The translations under genes and the position numbers were made by a program. A stretch of 27,151 bases of DNA, taken from IMG/VR virus record IMGVR_UViG_3300041956_000347; one strand, given 5' to 3'. The notes beneath the pieces were generated by a model. That model saw only the letters and a list, made by a program, of their open reading frames with translations, did no database searches and was not told the DNA's origin. Origin of the DNA: a virus. Positions 7,360 through 14,293 of this stretch are shown piece by piece (the first letter of the stretch is position 1; every line of letters begins with the position of its first letter).

Positions 7360-7620
7360 TCACCCAGCCGAGTGACGCTCCCGCTCCCGCCGCCGGCGCT
7401 GGGCGTCCCGAACGTGAGGGCTCCGCCTCATCCCTTCGGAGATAGCTCGCCGGCGAGCCTCCTCCCGAGACTCAGGGCGGGGCCGAGGCGGAGGGCTCGG
7501 TTCGTCCGGTTCCGACTCGAGCAGGGCGAACCACCAGTAGTCCCGCGTTGTCTGGGCTGGAAACGGCCGCCGCCTCTGGTCTTTGTGCATGTTGGAGATT
7601 GGCACTCTCCGCGGCTCCAT
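7360..7620 (-). CDS. Hypothetical basic protein (86 aa from ATG 7620; alternative ATG at 7590)
   Basis: Open frame with overall high GC3. It contains a low-complexity P/R-rich segment, has no convincing SD and no recognisable motif. Confidence 0.25.
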   Translation of the reverse strand: MEPRRVPISNMHKDQRRRPFPAQTTRDYWWFALLESEPDEPSPPPRPRPESREEARRRAISEGMRRSPHVRDAQRRRRERERHSAG

Positions 7621-7740
7621 CGGTATAAAAAACCGATTTGAGTCCGGAGAATTTTTTTGGAATTTTTTTTTCATTTCGTTTTTTTTCGTCGGAGTTTTCT
7701 TTTATGTTCGAGAAAATCCGCGTAATTATCGAAATCAATG
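7619..7740. other. AT-rich island between convergent terL and the 7882..8304 gene: candidate bidirectional terminator, cos/pac region or regulatory region
   Basis: 7651-7710 is 15/60 G+C. T-runs at 7652-58 (T7), 7663-71 (T9) and 7679-86 (T8). Hairpin ATCGGT-ataaaaa-ACCGAT at 7619-7637. Confidence 0.6.
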
Positions 7741-7881
7741 GAGCGGCTCTCGAGGAGCTCGGCCTCCGCTTTGCTCGAGGGCTCGAGCTCGAGGAGGCGT
7801 TTCGCTACTCGGCGGGCGGCGGCTACTGAGAGCTCGTTCGCTACCACCTCGAGGACTCGAACGTGGGCGAGAGCCAGAGAG

Positions 7882-8304
7882 TTAGCGTCTCGGTGCCGTG
7901 CCGTAGAGAAACTCCCGGCGGAGCATCGTGGCCACCATGGCGGAGCCTCGGTGGTAGCGGTGGGTGATATCGGCCATGGCCTCTACTAACGCCTCCTCCG
8001 GTATCTCCTCCAGGTTCCTATGTTGGCCGGCCCGGAGTTTCGCCTCCACTACGCGGAGGCCGCCATCGGTTAGGCGCCAGGTGCCGGCCTTATCCCGGTG
8101 GCCCTCGAGGATGCCATACCGCCTCATCCAGGAGAACCGGATTCCGAGGGCCTGTTTCTCGTCGCCGAATCCGAGGGAGCGGGCGAGGTGCTCGGTCTCC
8201 GCCCATCCTTCCTCGTCGGCGGCGTCGGAGAGGGCGAGCATGAGGTCTAGGTCTCTGAACGAGAGGAGGTCCGCCCGTTTGGCTCCACCGTTTCGCCTAG
8301 CCAT
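7882..8304 (-). CDS. Winged-helix DNA-binding protein, 140 aa (possible small-terminase candidate; function unproven)
   Basis: N-terminal wHTH-like segment ending ...KAGTWRLTDGG. Last minus-strand gene before the AT-rich island. ATG overlaps the upstream stop by 8 nt. Confidence 0.55.
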   Translation of the reverse strand: MARRNGGAKRADLLSFRDLDLMLALSDAADEEGWAETEHLARSLGFGDEKQALGIRFSWMRRYGILEGHRDKAGTWRLTDGGLRVVEAKLRAGQHRNLEEIPEEALVEAMADITHRYHRGSAMVATMLRREFLYGTAPRR

Positions 8305-8764
8305 GGCTGGTTAGCTTGTAGATTTCGGTGGGCGCTCCGGCGTCTCCGATTCGTTCCTTTCGGAGGAGCCGGACGGCGCCGGCGTCTCGGAGTACGCGGA
8401 GGCCGGCTCTGGTGACGGAGCGGGTTAGCGGATAGTCCTCCCGCTCGAGGAGGCCGGTGGTGGTGAATTCGTCCCCGTTCACGTTGGCTCGGAGGTAGCT
8501 CTCGAGGAGCTCGAGGCTTTCCTCTCCGATGCCTCGGCCTCCTTTCGGTTTGGCCGGCGGCGCCACCGGAGCTCCGAGGCTCCGGAGTGTTGTCACGATT
8601 CGCCGGCGTCCGTTTCGGAGCTCGGTCTCCTCGGCCCGGAATCCGGCGAGGGCGGCGTTCCTGCGTTTGGCTACGGCGGCGAGCTCTACGTCCACCCACT
8701 CGAGCTCCCGGCGTAGGGGTGCTACGAGGGCCTCGAGACGCTGGGCGATGGCCTGTTGGGGCAT
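8297..8764 (-). CDS. Coiled-coil + C-terminal winged-helix protein, 155 aa (paralog of 8807..9253)
   Basis: N-terminal heptad-like helix, basic linker, and C-terminal IGEESLELLESYLR...FTTTGLL...GLRVLRDAGAV...EIYKLT. This aligns with the neighbouring gene. Confidence 0.6.
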   Translation of the reverse strand: MPQQAIAQRLEALVAPLRRELEWVDVELAAVAKRRNAALAGFRAEETELRNGRRRIVTTLRSLGAPVAPPAKPKGGRGIGEESLELLESYLRANVNGDEFTTTGLLEREDYPLTRSVTRAGLRVLRDAGAVRLLRKERIGDAGAPTEIYKLTSHG

Positions 8765-8806
8765 GGGCTCCCCCTTTCGTTAGCTGGCGGCCTGGGGATT
8801 ATGCCT

Positions 8807-9253
8807 CTATTCGTTCAGCTTCCAAACCTTGGTTCGCCGTCCGCTGAGTTCTCCTTGGTATTCGGAGCGGTCCACCTGGCGGACTCGGCCGTCCTCGCTT
8901 AGCTGTTTGAGGGCGCCGGCGACCCTGCCTCCTCGTAGCCCGAGCTCCTCGAATCCCTGCCATCCCTCGAGGTCTCCGGAGGTGAACGCCTGGCCGGTGG
9001 GGATGGTTCGCCGGAGGTAGCCGTGGAGGGCCTCGAGTTTCTCGGCGCCTACGGCTTTCTCGGTGGCGCTCCGTTTCCGGGCGGCGGTTCGCTTTCGAGC
9101 GGTGGCTCCGTTTGTGGTGGAGCTCTCGCCGTGGGCCTGGGCGAGCAGGGTTCGGAGCGTGTCGGCGTAGGCGCCGAGCTCGTCTATCGAGACTCGGACT
9201 CGTTCGAGCTCGGCCTCCATGGCCTCGATAAGTGTGGGGTTCCCTACCGGCAT
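8807..9253 (-). CDS. Coiled-coil + C-terminal winged-helix protein, 148 aa (paralog of 8297..8764)
   Basis: Same architecture: VGAEKLEALHGYLR...FTSGDLE...ALKQLSEDGRV...KVWKLNE. SD CAGGAGG lies 7 nt upstream. Confidence 0.6.
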   Translation of the reverse strand: MPVGNPTLIEAMEAELERVRVSIDELGAYADTLRTLLAQAHGESSTTNGATARKRTAARKRSATEKAVGAEKLEALHGYLRRTIPTGQAFTSGDLEGWQGFEELGLRGGRVAGALKQLSEDGRVRQVDRSEYQGELSGRRTKVWKLNE

Positions 9254-9290
9254 TCGGCGGCCTCCTGTTCGTTATCGGGACGGCTGGAGT

Positions 9291-9536
9291 CTAACGTTTC
9301 GCCGCCCGTTTTGCAGCGGCCCGGACGGAGGCGTTCCTGGAGCGGAGTCCCCGCTTTACGATGACGGCCCTGGAGCCGGCGGTGGTGGAGCGGCCGGCGT
9401 AGGAGAGGGCGGCCCGGAACCGCTTAGCGGTGTTTATCGGGTATTTCCGGCTTTTGGGGTAGGCGAACGCTGAGGATGGGAGCCGGCCTACGCCTTTGGC
9501 GCTCGAGGGTTTGCGGGGCCTGGGTTTCGCCATCAT
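9291..9536 (-). CDS. Small basic protein, 81 aa, with SAFAYP..KYPI...RAAL motif
   Basis: ATG 9536 overlaps the HNH TGA (ATGA). The motif resembles a short conserved phage/actinobacterial family whose name I cannot assert. Confidence 0.5.
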   Translation of the reverse strand: MMAKPRPRKPSSAKGVGRLPSSAFAYPKSRKYPINTAKRFRAALSYAGRSTTAGSRAVIVKRGLRSRNASVRAAAKRAAKR

Positions 9537-9826
9537 TCCTCCAGTCGGATAGCTCCGGGCCACACCTGGCGGTTTTGCATCGTGGCGCCGAGGCGGCCGC
9601 CGGCGGAGCGGTTGCAGGTGGCGCAGCGGACGCGGAGGTTTGAGGGGACGTCGAGGCCGCCGAGGGCTCGGGGGCGTATGTGGTCTACGTCGTTTCCCCA
9701 GCCGCCGCAGGTGGAGCAGCGGTGGCCGTCTCGAGCCAGGACCAGGGCCCGGAGACGGCGCCACCGCCGCTCGTTCCGGGGACGACGCGGCGAGGGGTTT
9801 CCCCCTATGCCCATGGCCGCGGCCAT
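9533..9826 (-). CDS. HNH endonuclease
   Basis: RDGHRCSTCG...DVDHIRPRALGG...NLRVRCATCN is a canonical HNH/zinc-finger pattern. Confidence 0.85.
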   Translation of the reverse strand: MAAAMGIGGNPSPRRPRNERRWRRLRALVLARDGHRCSTCGGWGNDVDHIRPRALGGLDVPSNLRVRCATCNRSAGGRLGATMQNRQVWPGAIRLEE

Positions 9827-9838
9827 CCCCAGGGCCGG

Positions 9839-9931
9839 CTAAGCGCCGGCGTCCTCTCCGCCCTCGTCCTCGTCGCCCGGTTTCGGTTCGTCCGGCGAGT
9901 CTGGCGGCTGGGGGGTTTCCGTTTCCCTCAT
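9839..9931 (-). CDS. 30-aa acidic micro-ORF (MRETETPQPPDSPDEPKPGDEDEGGEDAGA)
   Basis: ATG overlaps the upstream TGA as ATGA (9928-9931). Otherwise unsupported. Confidence 0.25.
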   Translation of the reverse strand: MRETETPQPPDSPDEPKPGDEDEGGEDAGA

Positions 9932-10281
9932 GGCTCCTCCGTCTCTGACGCCTGTATGGCCACCTCGTCCAGCCGGCCGGCGTCCTGGCATAACCGGACG
10001 AGTTCGTAGAAATCGAGGACGGCTACGGGTCTCGAACCGAAATGCAGGCCGATTACGAGGAGCCATGGCCGCCCATCGGCTTTCGCGTTTTTTCTCGCCT
10101 GGTCCACCCAGGCGGCTCGGAGTTGGAGGCGTTTTGTCCGTTTCACTTCTACCGCAAACGGGGCCGTCCCATCGTCATCGGTGCCGCGGGCGTAGCCGCC
10201 TGGGCCGATGCTGGGCCGCCGCTGGGCGCCGAGGGCCCTACAGACTCGCCGCTCGAGGTCTTTCCAGGCGGAGGAGCTCAT
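9928..10281 (-). CDS. PD-(D/E)XK-like nuclease, putative Holliday-junction resolvase, 117 aa
   Basis: KDLERRVCRAL...GTDDDGT..FAVEVKRTK...W.DQARKNA pattern (E...D...E.K). ATGA overlap at 10278-10281. Confidence 0.5.
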   Translation of the reverse strand: MSSSAWKDLERRVCRALGAQRRPSIGPGGYARGTDDDGTAPFAVEVKRTKRLQLRAAWVDQARKNAKADGRPWLLVIGLHFGSRPVAVLDFYELVRLCQDAGRLDEVAIQASETEEP

Positions 10282-10760
10282 ACGCGGGCCCTCCCCCGCT
10301 CCTCTGCCTCGAGCTCGGTCTGGACGCCTCGAGGGCGTTCCTGGCGCCAGAGCTCGGCCATCCGCTCCCGGAGCTCGAGCTCCTCCGCCCAGGGTTTCAG
10401 GATTGGCCCGCGTTCGCCTCCGTCCTCGAATAGCTCGGCGAGGACTTGGCTCTCCCTCTCGAAATGGACGCCAGTGGAGCGTATCCACCTCTCGGCGCCC
10501 GCTACGGCTCGGTCTCGGTCTCGGCTGTCTCTCACGGTTACGTCCTGGCCGGCTCGTTCGGCTCGAGTGGCGAGGATGGCCCAGGGGCTCCGGATGAGGC
10601 CACGACGGTAATCGGCGGCCACGGTTTCGAGCTCGGCGACGATGGCGGCGGGCCGTTCCCGAAACGCCTGGAGGAGCCGCTCCTCGAGGGCGGCGCCTGG
10701 AGTGCCGTCGAATAGCTCTACCGCTCGGTCGTAGGTCTCGGTCCAGACGTATTCGATCAT
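10278..10760 (-). CDS. Hypothetical protein, 160 aa
   Basis: Coupled on both sides by ATGA overlaps. No motif recognised. Confidence 0.6.
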   Translation of the reverse strand: MIEYVWTETYDRAVELFDGTPGAALEERLLQAFRERPAAIVAELETVAADYRRGLIRSPWAILATRAERAGQDVTVRDSRDRDRAVAGAERWIRSTGVHFERESQVLAELFEDGGERGPILKPWAEELELRERMAELWRQERPRGVQTELEAEERGRARV

Positions 10761-11251
10761 AGGTCCTTCACCTCGGCTCGTTTCAGAATGTCGGCGAGGG
10801 CCTCGGGCCCTCCATTTTCGTTTTCCACAATTCCCGCCCGCCCTCCCTCGTAGTTAGCTACGGGTGGGGGGGTAGGGGTTAAGGTTTTCTCTACTTCTGT
10901 CTCTGCGCTAGCAGGTTCGCTAGCAGGGTGATAGCCGTCCGCTAGCGTCGGGCTAGCAACAATGTCTATGAAACCCGCATGGACAAGGGCCTCGAGGGAA
11001 TCTTTACGGACTTTCTGCCCGAGTCTCCGAGAGAGTTTCGCGGGATCGCTACGGACTTTCTGCCGGCTCTTTGCGTAGAGGTTCCGGAGGTCTCTGAGGA
11101 GCCCTCTCTGGGCGAATGAGAGCTCCAGAAACTCCTCTCGGTCTAGCTGGTCTAGGTGGTCTTTCACCCATACCGGCGCCCGTTTGAGAGGGTCGTAATG
11201 CTGGAATTTCCGCCACCCAGGGACGGAGATATAGCCGTCCTCGAGGTTCAC
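10757..11251 (-). CDS. Replisome-organizer/replication-initiator-like protein, 164 aa (GTG start)
   Basis: GTGA overlap with the recT stop (11248-11251). N-terminus YISVPGWRKFQHY...PVWVKDH...LSFAQRGLLRDL resembles phage replication-organizer N-domains. Carries an internal iteron cluster. Confidence 0.45.
   Translation of the reverse strand: MNLEDGYISVPGWRKFQHYDPLKRAPVWVKDHLDQLDREEFLELSFAQRGLLRDLRNLYAKSRQKVRSDPAKLSRRLGQKVRKDSLEALVHAGFIDIVASPTLADGYHPASEPASAETEVEKTLTPTPPPVANYEGGRAGIVENENGGPEALADILKRAEVKDL
10907..10957. repeat. Iteron-like cluster: four GCTAGC palindromes (10907, 10919, 10941, 10952)
   Basis: Read directly. The first two are a 10-bp direct repeat cGCTAGCAGG (10906-15, 10918-27). 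Flanks 10881-10905 (~40 % GC) and 10958-10975 (~33 % GC) are AT-richer. Confidence 0.75.
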
Positions 11252-12273
11252 GGCTCCGGCTCGTCTCCTGTCGCCCATTCCTCCCGCCGGCCGGCCGCCC
11301 ACGCCTCGTATTCCTGGCCGAGCCGGTGGCCCTCGAGGGCGTCTATGACGCGGGACGCCTCGGCTTTCGTGAGGTCTCTGGAGCTCTCGAGCGGCCGGCC
11401 GATGACCACGCGGGCGAGGGCGAGGCGGGCCTCCCGGTCCTCGCCGAATCCGGCGTCCCGGTAGGAGGCCATGAGTTTCCGTAGCTGGGCCTCTGTGATG
11501 GGCTCATCGGCGGAGGCTTGAGGTTCGGAGGGCGCCGGGTCGTCTCCAGCCGCGGCGCCTCCCACGCTCTGGGGTGGCTCGGACTCCGAACCTCCCGGCG
11601 CCGGCGTACTAACGGGCTCCGGTGCCTCCGTTTCCTCGCCGGGGAGCGGAGGTAGCTCCTCGGCCGCCGGTGGCGTCTCCGGCGCTGCTACGGCCGCCAG
11701 GGGTGCTCTCCGCCGGCGTCTCGTTCCCGAGGTGGGAGCAGGCTCGAGGGGCTCCTCGAGCTCCTCGAGCTCCTCCACCGCGGCGAGGCCGCCGATGGCA
11801 TCGGCGAACACGGCTTTACAGAGCTCCGCGGAGGCCCTGTTGGAGAGCATCGCCCTGGGGTAGAGCCGCCACGCTTTCCGGCCGTGGAGGCCGGCCCGCT
11901 TGGCGTCGTCCATCGTCCAGGTAACGCTCGAGGTCTCGTCGGAGTCCCGCCGGCGTCCGCTCCAGGTGGCCCGAGAGTTCGTGGACTCTACGAGCCAGAG
12001 CTCATGGCCGGCCCGGTAGACGAGGGCCCGCTGGGCCTCCGCGTAGAGCGCCGGCCGGCCCTCGATAACCGCGATTTTGGCGAGGGATTGCATCGGCCCG
12101 AGGCCCACCTCGTCCCCGTAGAGCATCGCCGCGGCGACCATGGCGGGGTTCCCTCGCATGGCCTCCGGGACGAACGGCGTATTGGCTATGGCTTTCGCTA
12201 GGTCGATGGACGGCGCCCAGAGCTCGAGCCAGTCTCGGCGCATCGGCGGGGTGTAAACCTCGAGGGAGCTCAT
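11248..12273 (-). CDS. recT: RecT-family single-strand annealing protein with long C-terminal extension, 341 aa
   Basis: AMVAAAMLYGDEVGLGPMQSLAKIAVIEGRPALYAEAQRAL...TMDDAKRAGL...WRLYPRAMLSNRA. ATGA overlap at 12270-12273. Confidence 0.8.
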   Translation of the reverse strand: MSSLEVYTPPMRRDWLELWAPSIDLAKAIANTPFVPEAMRGNPAMVAAAMLYGDEVGLGPMQSLAKIAVIEGRPALYAEAQRALVYRAGHELWLVESTNSRATWSGRRRDSDETSSVTWTMDDAKRAGLHGRKAWRLYPRAMLSNRASAELCKAVFADAIGGLAAVEELEELEEPLEPAPTSGTRRRRRAPLAAVAAPETPPAAEELPPLPGEETEAPEPVSTPAPGGSESEPPQSVGGAAAGDDPAPSEPQASADEPITEAQLRKLMASYRDAGFGEDREARLALARVVIGRPLESSRDLTKAEASRVIDALEGHRLGQEYEAWAAGRREEWATGDEPEP

Positions 12274-13043
12274 ACGGCGGCGGCCTTTCTGTCTGGTGGG
12301 CGGAGTGGGGCGCCGATGTATGCCTCCTCCGGCGCCTGCGAGAATTTCGCTACCTGTTGGGCGTAGAGGAACGTCCGGAAAACCTCCGGCCCGGTTTCCA
12401 GCGGGACGAGTTCGTAGCCGTCCGCCCGGAGCCAGACGGCGCCGGAGGCGTCCACGGTGGCCATCGGCCTCTCGGTTCCGTCCTCGAGGAGGAGAGCCTC
12501 GGCGTTCCGGTAGGCGGCGAGTTGGAGGGCCGTCTCTCGGTAGATTCCTTTCCCGCCGGTTTTCCAATCGAGGAGCCAGACGCGACCGTCCTTTAGGCCG
12601 GCGATAACGTCCAGAGTCCCCATGTAGCGGTAGCGGCGGTTTATAACTACGGCCTCCACTACGATTTCCTGTTCGAGCCAGTCCTCGGCGAACGCCAGGT
12701 AGCTATCTACGTGGCCGGCGAGCTCCTCCGGGACGTCCACCTCCTCGCCGGCGGCGAGCCGGAGAGCGTATTCGTGCACCTCGGTTCCCCGGCGGGCGGC
12801 GGCGTCCTTTTCCGCCCAGCGGGCCCGCTTGAGAACCTCGAGCCGTTCGGACGGCCGGAGCTCGAGGAGCTCCTCCCAGTGGTCCACGACGTAGCCGGCG
12901 GTGACGTTCGCCGCCCAGCCTACGAGAGCGGGTTTCGGTACGCCGTTATCGAGGATGGTAGTAACGCCCACGGAGGGCTCTCCGTCCAGGAAATACACGT
13001 GGCCTCGGCCGCGGTTGACTCGGCGAGTGGGAGCGGTGGTCAT
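12270..13043 (-). CDS. RecB/Cas4-like PD-(D/E)XK exonuclease (RecE-like partner of RecT), 257 aa
   Basis: GTEVHEY...YMGTLDVI...LLDWKTG...ALQLAAY motif series. SD GGAGG lies 7 nt upstream. ATGA overlap with the upstream ORF. Confidence 0.75.
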   Translation of the reverse strand: MTTAPTRRVNRGRGHVYFLDGEPSVGVTTILDNGVPKPALVGWAANVTAGYVVDHWEELLELRPSERLEVLKRARWAEKDAAARRGTEVHEYALRLAAGEEVDVPEELAGHVDSYLAFAEDWLEQEIVVEAVVINRRYRYMGTLDVIAGLKDGRVWLLDWKTGGKGIYRETALQLAAYRNAEALLLEDGTERPMATVDASGAVWLRADGYELVPLETGPEVFRTFLYAQQVAKFSQAPEEAYIGAPLRPPDRKAAAV

Positions 13044-13237
13044 AGGAGAGCCTCCTGGCGGACGGCGACGCCGGCCCGGACCTTGGCCACACATTCCGGA
13101 TGAGCCATTCGGCCAGTCTGGCGGCGGCTAACCATCCGGTCATTCGTCCGGGGATGGACGAGGCCGGTTACCTCTTTCCAGGCGTTCCGGGTGGAGAGCA
13201 TCGGCTCCCCGCAGAGAACGCAGGTGGGCCGGCTCAT
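13040..13237 (-). CDS. Small Cys-containing (Zn-ribbon-like) protein, 65 aa
   Basis: CVLCG...HPEC. ATGA overlaps at both ends. Confidence 0.55.
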   Translation of the reverse strand: MSRPTCVLCGEPMLSTRNAWKEVTGLVHPRTNDRMVSRRQTGRMAHPECVAKVRAGVAVRQEALL

Positions 13238-13386
13238 CGTGCACCTCGAACGAGTGGGGCGAGGAACCGCCGGCGGCGAGCCAGGCAGGACCGTTTCGCC
13301 TTACAGAGGTGGCCACCGTGGCCGGCCGGTACGAATTGGCGGGTTCCTTTCCGCCCGCAGTAGAGACATTGCCGGTACTCCGTCAT
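13234..13386 (-). CDS. Small Zn-ribbon-like protein, 50 aa (MTEYRQCLYCG...HLCKAKRSC)
   Basis: ATGA overlaps at both ends (13383-86, 13234-37). The track ORF is trimmed to the internal ATG. Confidence 0.5.
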   Translation of the reverse strand: MTEYRQCLYCGRKGTRQFVPAGHGGHLCKAKRSCLARRRRFLAPLVRGAR

Positions 13387-13889
13387 CGGCAAACCCATTG
13401 CCCACGGCCGCCTCGAGAGGCGAGCCAACCGGCCGCCATGGCGTTCGCGTAAGGGTCATAAACGGAGAGGGCCCGGAACGGCGTATGGGCCCAGGTGCTC
13501 TCGAGGAATTGGTAAACGCCGGCGGCGCCCGAGCTCGGGTTCCGGGCGTAACGGTAGAGGTGGCTCTCGCATCCGGCTACCCTCCAGAGCCAGGAGCATC
13601 CGGCGCCCGGATAGAGGATGCAGGCGAGCCGAATGGCGCTCGAGGTCTCCGGGTCCCGGCGGAGGCTCGTTCGTAGAGCTCGGACGCGGTGGAGGTAGCG
13701 GGACGCTACTCGGTGCCACCCATCGATAGTGAGGCCCTGGAGTCGCCGCTCCTGGGTGGGAGCGGGGTCCGGCGTCGGCTCGGTGGTAGCGGCGGGCGGC
13801 GGTTCGTCGCCGGCGTTCGCCGATATGGCGAGGATGATGGCCGCCAGGAGGGCGACCATAACGAGCCAGGTTAGGTTCCGCGGTTTCAC
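13383..13889 (-). CDS. Signal-anchored Rpf/transglycosylase-like domain protein, 168 aa
   Basis: N-terminal hydrophobic helix LTWLVMVALLAAIILAI, then a Pro/Thr linker. C-terminus: W.WRVAGCES...GAAGVYQFLESTW...AAGWL...GQWVC. SD AAGGAGGT lies before the GTG. Confidence 0.6.
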   Translation of the reverse strand: MKPRNLTWLVMVALLAAIILAISANAGDEPPPAATTEPTPDPAPTQERRLQGLTIDGWHRVASRYLHRVRALRTSLRRDPETSSAIRLACILYPGAGCSWLWRVAGCESHLYRYARNPSSGAAGVYQFLESTWAHTPFRALSVYDPYANAMAAGWLASRGGRGQWVCR

Positions 13890-13901
13890 GGCGTTACCTC
13901 C

Positions 13902-14213
13902 TTAGCTATGGGGCGGGAGCCGTATCCCGCCGCCTTTCTGGAGGCCCAGGGATTTCGGACCGTGGTGGAGCGGGCCCACTTTCCGGAGGGTTCCGTAGGA
14001 CGGCGGGAGGATGGTTCGGGCGTGGAGCTCGGCGTAGCCCTCCTGGCGGGCGGCCTCGCAGGGGACGCATATCTCGCCAGGCGGGAGGTGCTCTATCTCG
14101 TATTCACGCTCTACCGATAGGCTCCAGAGCTCCCGCCCGCAGAGCGTTAGCGTCTGGTAGGGCGGCGGCTGGACCCAGTGGTGGCGCCCGTTGCGTAGGC
14201 GAACCGTTCTCAT
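13902..14213 (-). CDS. First gene of the minus-strand early operon; hypothetical Cys-containing protein, 103 aa
   Basis: ATG preceded by GAGGAGG (14221-14227) at 7-nt spacing. No family recognised. Confidence 0.6.
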   Translation of the reverse strand: MRTVRLRNGRHHWVQPPPYQTLTLCGRELWSLSVEREYEIEHLPPGEICVPCEAARQEGYAELHARTILPPSYGTLRKVGPLHHGPKSLGLQKGGGIRLPPHS

Positions 14214-14258
14214 GGGGACACCTCCTCATAGGCGTAAACCTGGAAAGCCGAACGGGAG

Positions 14259-14293
14259 TTGACGTTTACACTCATAACGGCTAGATTGGGTCT
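14259..14293 (+). promoter_or_regulatory. Sigma-70/SigA-like promoter giving a leaderless transcript of the wHTH-integrase operon
   Basis: TTGACG (14259-64), 17-nt spacer, TAGATT (14282-87), 6 nt, then ATG at 14294. No SD is present. Confidence 0.55.

Noticed and set aside
7340-7362. tRNA T-arm-like GGTTCGAGCTCC on the minus strand (a possible tRNA or tRNA-type att core)
   Set aside because: The flanking bases do not form a T-stem (GATGG/TCCGG pairs poorly). I could not build an acceptor or anticodon arm.
7652-7703. Helically phased A/T tracts implying intrinsically bent DNA
   Set aside because: The tract centres are spaced about 12, 15 and 16 bp apart, not a consistent ~10.5 bp. I report only AT-richness and T-runs, not phasing.
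7472-7885. ORFs crossing the AT-rich island: 7583..7885 (+), 7638..7829 (+) and 7472..7738 (-)
   Set aside because: Their translations are poly-Phe or poly-Lys artefacts of the T/A runs, and their codon usage is unlike the rest of the genome. A 41-aa sub-ORF (ATG 7704 to TGA 7829, MFEKIRVIIEINGAALEELGL...) with GGAG 9 nt upstream cannot be excluded but has no support.
14214-14293. A sigma-70-type promoter for the minus-strand early operon
   Set aside because: I scanned the minus strand for TTGACA/TANNNT pairs at 16-18-bp spacing. The only candidates were 3-4/6 matches at wrong spacings. The promoter must exist but I cannot place it.
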